Positions 7,572-13,696 of a stretch of DNA of 33,972 bases are shown here, piece by piece. The notes below the pieces were generated by a model. That model searched no databases, had not been told where the DNA came from, and saw only the letters and a program-made list of their open reading frames with translations. The number at the start of each line of letters is the position of its first letter. Within the stretch, counting starts at the first letter, position 1. Both the position numbers and the translations under genes were made by a program. This DNA comes from a virus: IMG/VR virus record IMGVR_UViG_3300050144_000055; one strand, given 5' to 3'.

Positions 7572-7891
7572 TCGCCCAGATCGACGCCGAGGCACTGCTC
7601 AACCGGTGGACCGGTCATCGCCGCGTCATCCGCGCCGCAGAGATGCAGCGCGCCACCGCGCCGCGCAAATCCACCCGTGGCCCGTACACCGCCAGCCTGT
7701 CCGGCCGGCTGATTGGCCCACTCCAGACGCCAAGGACCGTCAAACAGCTTGCGGACGGGCTCGGCAAGAACGAGGAGGCTGTTCGGTACGCGCTGCGGGG
7801 CATGGAGGCCGCCGGCCTTGTCAAGCGGGCGGCCCGGCTGAACGGCCGTGGGTCGCCGGACCTGTGGGTGGCGTGCGAGGTGGCGCCGTGA
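7568..7891 (+). CDS. Winged-helix DNA-binding protein (MarR-like wHTH)
   Basis: 107 aa. TVKQLADGLGKNEEAVRYALRGMEAAGLVKRA is typical of a wHTH recognition region. Confidence 0.55.
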   Translation: MIAQIDAEALLNRWTGHRRVIRAAEMQRATAPRKSTRGPYTASLSGRLIGPLQTPRTVKQLADGLGKNEEAVRYALRGMEAAGLVKRAARLNGRGSPDLWVACEVAP

Positions 7892-8461
7892 TCGCCGCCC
7901 TGTTTGTCCGCGCGGACTCGGTCTACAAGACGCTCCCGGGCGTGGATGCATGGGATGCTGAGCGTGACGCGCTGCGCTGGCCCGGCGGCGCTCCGGCGGT
8001 CTATCACCCGCCGTGCCGAGCATGGGGCGCCTTTTCCTGGCGAGCAAACCCGCGCGACGGCGAGCGCGAATGTGCGACATGGTCCGTGGAGCGCGTCCGC
8101 CAGCACGGCGGCGTAATCGAGCGCCCGGCGACCTCGCAGCTGTGGCCCGAAGCCGGCCTGCCTGAGCCCGGCGAGCGCGATGCATGGGGGGGGGTGGACG
8201 CTGCCGGTGGACCAGCACTGGTGGGGTCATCGCGCCAGCAAGCGGACGCGCCTGTACATCGTCGGGTGCGAGCCCGGAGACATCCCGGTCATGCCGATGG
8301 TGCTGGGCGAGCCTACGCACGTCATCGGCGACGTTGGCCGGGCATCGCTGGGCACCAAGCGCCCGGAGATCAGCAAGGCCGAGCGCGAGCGCACCCCGCC
8401 CGAGTTCGCTCACTGGCTCGTAGACCTGGCGAGCCGCTGCAAGGTGAGGGCTGAGGCATGA
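7888..8461 (+). CDS. Conserved-looking phage protein split by a frame change in a G9 tract (8186-8194)
   Basis: The N-terminal part (VIAALFVRADSVYKTLPGVDAWD...YHPPCRAWGAFS...GGVIERPATSQLW...ERDAWGG) is in the 7888 frame. The C-terminal part (GGGWTLPVDQHWWGHRASKRTRLYIVG...) is in the next frame and ends in an ATGA coupling at 8458. Removing one G joins them as ...DAWGGWTLPV.... Confidence 0.65.
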
Positions 8462-8667
8462 GCCAGTACCTCAACCCCGCCCACGCCAGCAGCGCCCGCA
8501 TGACCACCGGCGAGACCTACATCCCGCGCCCCGCCAGCACGGGCCTGTGCAACACGATGAGCTGCATCCGCTGCGGTGCGATCCGCCCGCTGTCGGCGCT
8601 GGTGGCTGATGCGCGGATCCGGAACCAGAAACGGTGCGCAGGCGGGTGCGCGAAAGGCTCGGCATGA
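8458..8667 (+). CDS. Small Cys-containing hypothetical protein
   Basis: 69 aa; ATGA overlaps at both ends; CxxC...CxxxC pattern. Confidence 0.5.
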   Translation: MSQYLNPAHASSARMTTGETYIPRPASTGLCNTMSCIRCGAIRPLSALVADARIRNQKRCAGGCAKGSA

Positions 8668-8969
8668 CCGCCCCGAACTTGAGCCCGTCGAGCGCGGGTT
8701 TCTGCTACCATTCCTCTCGCATCATCGTCGTAGCGGAGCCGTATGATGCACAGGCAGATCACGCAAGCCGTGGTGTGCATGTGCCCCCATTCAGTTGGGA
8801 ACGGGCCGCTACCCGAGCGCATGCACACCACGGCTTTGTCGTTTCCGATCGGCAGAGCCATTCCATCAACGTCCTTCGTAGCGGAGCAGGACAGATGACC
8901 AAGAACGCCACCGGCAGCAGCCGGAAGGGTGCGCGCACGCGCACATCCCAAGCGGGGAGGCCCGCATGA
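8664..8969 (+). CDS. Hypothetical protein overlapping a lower-GC structured region
   Basis: 101 aa from ATG 8664; ATGA overlaps at both ends. The interior carries a 16-bp inverted repeat and 12-bp direct repeats, so coding status is uncertain. Confidence 0.4.
   Translation: MTAPNLSPSSAGFCYHSSRIIVVAEPYDAQADHASRGVHVPPFSWERAATRAHAHHGFVVSDRQSHSINVLRSGAGQMTKNATGSSRKGARTRTSQAGRPA
8766..8835. repeat. 16-bp perfect inverted repeat (8766-8781 / 8820-8835) with a 38-nt spacer
   Basis: agccgtggtgtgcatg ... catgcacaccacggct. Flanked by direct repeats tcgtagcggagc at 8728-8739 and 8876-8887. Confidence 0.85.
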
Positions 8970-9610
8970 GCTTCCAAGCCATGACCTGGGCAGTCGAGCA
9001 GAAGGTGCCAGCGCTTCAGAAGCTGGTCCTGCTGATGCTCGCCAACCGCCTCAACCACGACACCGGGAAGTGCATCCCGAAGATCAAGACGCTGGCCGAC
9101 GAGTGCGGCATGTCGGAGACCTCTGTCAAGACGGCGATGAAGGGCCTTGCCGAGTCCGGGCTGATCACCATCGTCCCGCGGTTTCAGGAGTCGGTGCAAC
9201 TCCCGAATGCCTATGTGCTGCACACCGGGGTGGGTCGCAATGCGGCCCAGGGTGGGTCGCCAGACGCCCCCGGGGTGGGTCGCCAGACGCCTACAGAACC
9301 AGGAAGGTTGAACCAGGAAGGGAAACAGGGGTCGCCTGTCGGCTCCTCAACCCCATCCCGTCCTGAGGATGTGAGCGAACAAGTCTGGTCGGATTGGCTG
9401 GCACACCGGAAATCGAAGAAGGCCGCCGTCACTGAAACGGTGGTCGCCGCGGCTCGGCGCGAATCAGTCAAAGCCGGGATGACGCTCGACGAGTTCCTGA
9501 CCAAGTGGTGCCTGCGCGGGAGCCAAGGACTCGAAGCCGCATGGCTCAAGGACCGGGACGGCCGTTCATCGCAGTTCGGCGACAGCGACTGGTCCAAGGG
9601 GGCGGTATGA
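8966..9610 (+). CDS. Replication initiation protein (N-terminal HTH_36-like, C-terminal DnaT-like domain)
   Basis: 214 aa. The N-terminus (MTWAVEQKVPALQKLVLLMLANRLNHDTGKCIPKIKTLADECGMSETSVKTAMKGLAESGLI) is typical of phage replication HTH proteins. The C-terminus (VWSDWLAHRKSKKAAVTETVVAAARRESVKAGMTLDEFL) is DnaT-like. Confidence 0.7.
   Translation: MSFQAMTWAVEQKVPALQKLVLLMLANRLNHDTGKCIPKIKTLADECGMSETSVKTAMKGLAESGLITIVPRFQESVQLPNAYVLHTGVGRNAAQGGSPDAPGVGRQTPTEPGRLNQEGKQGSPVGSSTPSRPEDVSEQVWSDWLAHRKSKKAAVTETVVAAARRESVKAGMTLDEFLTKWCLRGSQGLEAAWLKDRDGRSSQFGDSDWSKGAV
9228..9291. repeat. Iteron-like direct repeats inside the initiator gene
   Basis: gggtgggtcgccagacgcc occurs at 9250-9268 and 9273-9291 (perfect, 23-bp period). 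A partial copy gggtgggtcgc lies at 9228-9238. Confidence 0.8.
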
Positions 9611-9966
9611 AGGGCCAAGAGCAGATCCTCGAAGCCCGCCACCGCGGCATGAAGCCGTCCACCATGGTGTTCGTTGATGTGGGCCAGCACACCGGGTGGC
9701 AGAAGTTCCTGTTGGAGCAAAACGCCCGGATGCTGAACGACACCGAGCCGATGAACCCGCACGTCTGCTTGGCCCCGACCGAATCAGCCCGGACCGCCGA
9801 TTGGTCGTGGTGCGTCGGCCTGCGCATCCAGCTCGACGGGACCGACCCGGTGCGCGTCATGGCCGCGTTCGAGCGCATCAAGGCCGCCGGCGCCGAGCGG
9901 GTGATTGCCACGTGCGATGACGCCCCCTGGCTCTTCATGGACACCGATTTCAAGGAGGCTGCGTAA
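9607..9966 (+). CDS. Hypothetical protein (119 aa)
   Basis: ATGA overlap upstream; TAATG overlap downstream. Confidence 0.55.
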   Translation: MKGQEQILEARHRGMKPSTMVFVDVGQHTGWQKFLLEQNARMLNDTEPMNPHVCLAPTESARTADWSWCVGLRIQLDGTDPVRVMAAFERIKAAGAERVIATCDDAPWLFMDTDFKEAA

Positions 9967-10895
9967 TGGCTCTGCTTGTCACGAAAGACGACATCGACTT
10001 CGCGGTGTACCGCCACGAGACGGAGGCGACCCGGAAGGTGCGCGCCGCCGCAGACTACCTCGACGACATGATCGACGACATCGGCAAGGGCAAGGCCGAC
10101 CCCGGTGAAGACCTGCCATGGGGCAAGACCGCGGGCCTGTTCAAGTTCCGCCCGGGGGATGTGACCCTGTGGGCTGGTCCGAACGGCCACGGGAAGTCGC
10201 TGGTTACCGGCATGGTCGCGCTCGATCTGGTCTGCAACCTGCACCGGGTCTGCCTCGCCTCGTTCGAAATGCGCCCCCGCAAGACGCTGGAACGGATGGC
10301 CCGGCAGTGGATGGGGTTCAACCCGGTGCTGATGCAGGGTTCGAACAACTGGATGAAGGAACTGGCCGAGAACTACCGACAGCTCAAGGAGCAGTCTGCC
10401 GACCGGCTGTGGCTGTACGACCACCAGGGGACGATCGACGCCGACCAGATGATCAGCGTCGCCCGGTACTGCGCCAAGGTGCTGAACGTGAAGCACCTGT
10501 TCATCGACAGCCTGATGAAGTGCGTGAAGGGGGAGGACGACTACAACGGCCAGAAGGACTTCGTGAACGAGCTGTGCAGCATCGCCAACGACCACGAGAT
10601 CCACGTCCACCTTGTCCACCACATCCGCAAGCTGGAGAACGAGTCGAAGCAGCCCGACAAGATGGACATCAAGGGGTCGGGCGCCATCGCCGACCAGGTG
10701 GCCAACGTGATGATGGTGTGGCGGAACAAGGCCGAGAACAAGAAGCCCGGCGACCCCGACGCCCGCGTCATCTGCTGCAAGCAGCGCAACGGCGAGTGGG
10801 AGGGCGCGGTGAACCTGTGGTTCGACCCGGGCAGCCAGCAGTACCTGCCAGAAGAAGGCGCCAGTCCGATCATCTGGGCCGGGAGGTGCGCATGA
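9966..10895 (+). CDS. DnaB-like (RecA-fold) replicative helicase
   Basis: 309 aa. Walker A GPNGHGKS, LFIDSLMK (Walker B-like), HLVHHIRK and GSGAIADQVANVMMVWRN blocks are typical of the DnaB C-terminal / gp4-type helicase domain. Confidence 0.8.
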   Translation: MALLVTKDDIDFAVYRHETEATRKVRAAADYLDDMIDDIGKGKADPGEDLPWGKTAGLFKFRPGDVTLWAGPNGHGKSLVTGMVALDLVCNLHRVCLASFEMRPRKTLERMARQWMGFNPVLMQGSNNWMKELAENYRQLKEQSADRLWLYDHQGTIDADQMISVARYCAKVLNVKHLFIDSLMKCVKGEDDYNGQKDFVNELCSIANDHEIHVHLVHHIRKLENESKQPDKMDIKGSGAIADQVANVMMVWRNKAENKKPGDPDARVICCKQRNGEWEGAVNLWFDPGSQQYLPEEGASPIIWAGRCA

Positions 10896-10972
10896 ACGCC
10901 GAACTGAAGGCGGCACACGCCGCAAAGGTGGCCGAGTACGCCGCCGCGAAGGGGATCGAGGTGACGGCATGA
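10892..10972 (+). CDS. Micro-ORF (26 aa)
   Basis: Strong GGGAGG RBS; ATGA overlaps at both ends. Confidence 0.4.
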   Translation: MNAELKAAHAAKVAEYAAAKGIEVTA

Positions 10973-11235
10973 CGCGCTACACCTGCCCGCACTACCTAGC
11001 CCGCTCCGGCGTCTGCAATTCGCCCGAGCTGCGCGAAGAGCCGGTGACCTGGTGCGCGACCCGAGGCGACTGCGCGACCAAGGCCGACGCAAGGCCGCGG
11101 CACATCGCCAACCTGATGCGCATCCCAGGCCGCCAGCAGCGCGCCGACTACATCGACACCGTGCGGTCCGCCGAGGGCGCCGCATCGGCCGAACAACTCA
11201 AGGCCACGCTGATCGCGGCATGGGGAACGAAATGA
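10969..11235 (+). CDS. Hypothetical protein (88 aa)
   Basis: Coupled ORF; Cys-rich N-terminus. Confidence 0.55.
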   Translation: MTRYTCPHYLARSGVCNSPELREEPVTWCATRGDCATKADARPRHIANLMRIPGRQQRADYIDTVRSAEGAASAEQLKATLIAAWGTK

Positions 11236-11648
11236 GCAAGGCCAAGACGATCTCAATCCCGACCGACGTGCAGCGCGCAGGGCAGGCGCTGGCGCAGGCA
11301 AGCAGGGTGCGCGAAGAACTGAAGGCGGCACTGAATGCTGCTCTTCAGTCAGAGCAGCGTCTGGCGCACGAGCTGCTGAAGGCGCGCACCGCGTCCGACC
11401 TGGCCGGCCAAGCCGGCCCGCTGGCAACGATCTTGCCGCCGCGCGGAGCATGGCCCAGCAATCGCGGCCAAAAAGTCGTGGTTGTCAGGCGCACCGCCTC
11501 GGCCGTCTGGACACGACCTGTTGGCCTGGCCGCCGAGGGCAATCTGCAGCAGTGGCGCAAGAGCAAATCCAAGGGCGGTGCGTGGGCCGAGTACCCGGCC
11601 GGCTACTACGCCGTGCGCACGCTGACGATCGACGGGGAGGACGCATGA
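11232..11648 (+). CDS. Hypothetical protein (138 aa)
   Basis: ATGA overlaps at both ends; protein-like composition. Confidence 0.55.
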   Translation: MSKAKTISIPTDVQRAGQALAQASRVREELKAALNAALQSEQRLAHELLKARTASDLAGQAGPLATILPPRGAWPSNRGQKVVVVRRTASAVWTRPVGLAAEGNLQQWRKSKSKGGAWAEYPAGYYAVRTLTIDGEDA

Positions 11649-11980
11649 GCAGGCGCCTGTACGACTGCCAGACCGCGCTGGAGCGGCTGGAGTGGATCAA
11701 GGCCCGGCTGCTGGCCGGCGCCACCGTCAGCGAGAACACGCTGGCTCTGGGTGGGGTCGAGGTGCCGCACGCCGTCATTTCCGGCCTGCGCGCATCCGGT
11801 ATGGAGATCGAGACGCTGGTCGGTGATCTGGTCGATTCCAAGGGCGTGCGGCACCGCGGCGCGATGTCATGGCGTCTGCTGGTGTCGCCGATGGGGCGGG
11901 AAGCCGCCAATTCGGCCCGCCAGCGCACGAACGCAACCATCAAGCACCCAACGGTGCCTGAACTGAAAACGGGGGCTTAA
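11645..11980 (+). CDS. Putative wHTH DNA-binding protein (HTH_39-like)
   Basis: 111 aa. The pattern ...AVISGLRASGMEIETLVGDLVDSKGVRHRGAMSWRL resembles the xLRxxGxxIxT...YxL helix-turn-helix family common in phages. GGGGAGGA RBS. Confidence 0.5.
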   Translation: MSRRLYDCQTALERLEWIKARLLAGATVSENTLALGGVEVPHAVISGLRASGMEIETLVGDLVDSKGVRHRGAMSWRLLVSPMGREAANSARQRTNATIKHPTVPELKTGA

Positions 11981-12592
11981 ATGGGCTCGCATCAGAAATT
12001 CACGTTCAACCCGAATGCGCAGCGCATCGGGCCCGGCATCTACTGCCTGGAGGATCTGCGCCAGCGGTGCGTGATCGACAAGGAATCGGGCTGCTGGCGG
12101 TGGGGCCTGTCGATGAACAAAGCCGGGAACGGGGCCATCGTCCCTCGCGTGTCGATCCCGGCCGGCGCGCTGTGCGAACACCGCGTGTCGTCGATGTCCG
12201 GTGGGAAGGCGGCATGGCTGCTGTCTGGCCGGCGCCTGCTGGGCAAGCGGGTGGTGTGGCGGACCTGCGGCTGCCGCGAGTGCGTCAACCCTGCCCACCT
12301 GATGTCCGGCACGAAGGCGCAGGAGGGCGCATGGATTGCGCGGACCGGCGCCTTGAAGGGGAGTGTCGCGCGGCGAATCGCGTGCATCCGCAACGTGGCC
12401 CGCACCCAGGCCCTGCCGCCGGCGAAGGTCAGCGCCATCGCCGAGGAAATGGCCGCCGGGATGCTGCAACGCGACATCTGCGCCAGGCACGGTATCAGCC
12501 TGGCAACGGCCAGCGCGATCAGCCAAGGCAAGCATCTGCACCAGCGGCTTGCGGCTGGACATCTCGGATTTTCTCATCTGGGGGTCGCATGA
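11981..12592 (+). CDS. HNH_3-like nuclease-fold protein with C-terminal HTH
   Basis: 203 aa. CWRWGLS...KAAWLLSGRRLLGKRVVWRTCGCRECVNPAHL follows the HNH_3 homing-endonuclease layout (CWxW...HxCxNxxCvNPxHL), but R replaces the first His. The C-terminus (MLQRDICARHGISLATASAISQGK) is HTH-like. Confidence 0.55.
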   Translation: MGSHQKFTFNPNAQRIGPGIYCLEDLRQRCVIDKESGCWRWGLSMNKAGNGAIVPRVSIPAGALCEHRVSSMSGGKAAWLLSGRRLLGKRVVWRTCGCRECVNPAHLMSGTKAQEGAWIARTGALKGSVARRIACIRNVARTQALPPAKVSAIAEEMAAGMLQRDICARHGISLATASAISQGKHLHQRLAAGHLGFSHLGVA

Positions 12593-13038
12593 CCACGATC
12601 ACGTTTTCGGTGCCCGGCGTGCCGGTGGCCAAGGCCCGCCCGCGCGCCACCACGATCAACGGCGCAGCCCGGCTCTACACCCCGGGCAAGACCCGCGACT
12701 ACGAGCAGCAGGTTGCCCAGGCCGCACGCAGTGCGATGTGCAAGGCCCCGCCGCTGCCCGGTGCTGTGGCCGTGTCGCTCGACATCCGGCTGCCGGTGCC
12801 GGCGAGCTGGAGCAAGACGCGCCGCGCCGATGCGCTGGCTGGGCGCGTGTTCGCCACCAGCAAGCCCGACGCGGACAACTATGCCAAGGCGGTGCTCGAC
12901 GGCTGCAACGGCGTGGTGTTCTTGGACGACGCCCAGGTGGTGCGGCTGACGGCACAAAAGCGGTATGCCGAAGAGGCTGGGGTCGATGTGCAGGTGACGG
13001 TGCTCGCGGGCGCGTCGGTCAGCATCGTGAAAACCTAA
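12589..13038 (+). CDS. rusA: RusA-family Holliday junction resolvase
   Basis: 149 aa. VPGVPVAKARPRAT, LYTPGKTRDYEQ and KPDADNYAKAVLDGCNGVVFLDDAQVV are diagnostic RusA blocks. Confidence 0.85.
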   Translation: MTTITFSVPGVPVAKARPRATTINGAARLYTPGKTRDYEQQVAQAARSAMCKAPPLPGAVAVSLDIRLPVPASWSKTRRADALAGRVFATSKPDADNYAKAVLDGCNGVVFLDDAQVVRLTAQKRYAEEAGVDVQVTVLAGASVSIVKT

Positions 13039-13094
13039 GCAGAAATTAATTTACACTGTTCCAGTACAATGGAAATTAGATATCATCACGCCAT
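13039..13094 (+). promoter_or_regulatory. AT-rich island upstream of the tRNA (candidate middle/late promoter region)
   Basis: gcagaaattaatttacactgttccagtacaatggaaattagatatcatcacgcc stands out against the high-GC background. It contains TTTACA, TACAAT and TATCAT hexamers, but none are at canonical 17-bp spacing. Confidence 0.3.
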
Positions 13095-13186
13095 GGATGC
13101 GAGGTCGCAAGGTGTGGCAGGCGGCTCTAACCCGCACGGGGCGTCGGTAAAGCGCCCGCGGGGTTCGATTCCCCGAGCATCCGCCA
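13095..13186 (+). tRNA. Amber-suppressor tRNA, anticodon CUA (13127-13129), type II with long variable arm; Ser-like identity features
   Basis: The cloverleaf accounts for all 92 nt. Acceptor GGATGCG/AGCATCC (six pairs plus G7-A66). D stem GTCG/TGGC with loop CAAGGTG. Anticodon stem GGCGG/CCGCA with loop C-T-CTA-A-C. 22-nt variable arm (stem GGGCG/CGCCC). T arm CGGGG-TTCGATT-CCCCG. Discriminator G, encoded CCA. Confidence 0.85.
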
Positions 13187-13300
13187 AGATTGGAGGCTGC
13201 CATGGCCGACATGTAGGCAAGGTGGCGCGCATGGGTCGCGCTGGTGACGTGGTAGACGCGGCTGGCGGCGCTTTCCGCATGAGGTCCGAGGGGTTGTGAG

Positions 13301-13696
13301 ATGGCAGGCGGAAGGCCAAGCGATTACCGACCAGAGTATTGCAATCGAGTGATCGAGCTGGGCCGCCTCGGCATGAGCGTTGTTGAGATGGCCGCAGAAA
13401 TCGGCGTCAGTCGCAACACGCTCGAAACATCCTGGCCCGCCGCGCACCCAGCATTTTTGGAAGCCTTTGAACTCGCCAGAGAGTCGAGTCAGGCTTGGTG
13501 GGAGTCTCAGGGCCGCGTGAACCTCATCATGCCCAAGGACTCCGGCCAGTTTCAGGGCTCGGTCTGGTCTCGCAGCATGGCGGCACGGTTCCCCCGTGAC
13601 TGGCGCGAGAACAAGGGCGTTGAGCTGACCGGCAAGGATGGCGCCGACCTGAATCTGTCTGTGGTGTTTGTTGACCCGACGCCGAGGGCCGAATGA
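13301..13696 (+). CDS. terS: Terminase small subunit
   Basis: 131 aa. GRPSDYRPEYCNRVIELGRLGMSVVEMAAEIGVSRNTLETSW...PAFLEAFELARESSQAWWE is the common HTH small-terminase pattern. Lies directly upstream of TerL with an ATGA overlap. Confidence 0.8.
   Translation: MAGGRPSDYRPEYCNRVIELGRLGMSVVEMAAEIGVSRNTLETSWPAAHPAFLEAFELARESSQAWWESQGRVNLIMPKDSGQFQGSVWSRSMAARFPRDWRENKGVELTGKDGADLNLSVVFVDPTPRAE

Noticed and set aside
8517-8951. 144-aa minus-strand ORF across the lower-GC island
   Set aside because: It is opposite in direction to the whole operon and overlaps three coupled plus-strand ORFs. It has no RBS and an implausible sequence.
13095-13186. Pyrrolysine (tRNA-Pyl also has anticodon CUA) or selenocysteine decoding
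   Set aside because: tRNA-Pyl has a very short variable loop and a reduced D-loop, and it needs pylS/pylBCD, none of which is present. tRNA-Sec reads UGA and has an 8-bp acceptor stem. This tRNA has a 22-nt variable arm, a 7-bp acceptor stem and a standard D-loop.
13069-13299. 76-aa plus-strand ORF in the RusA-terS spacer
   Set aside because: It overlaps the whole tRNA cloverleaf and has no RBS. The region is better explained by the tRNA plus a non-coding or leader segment.
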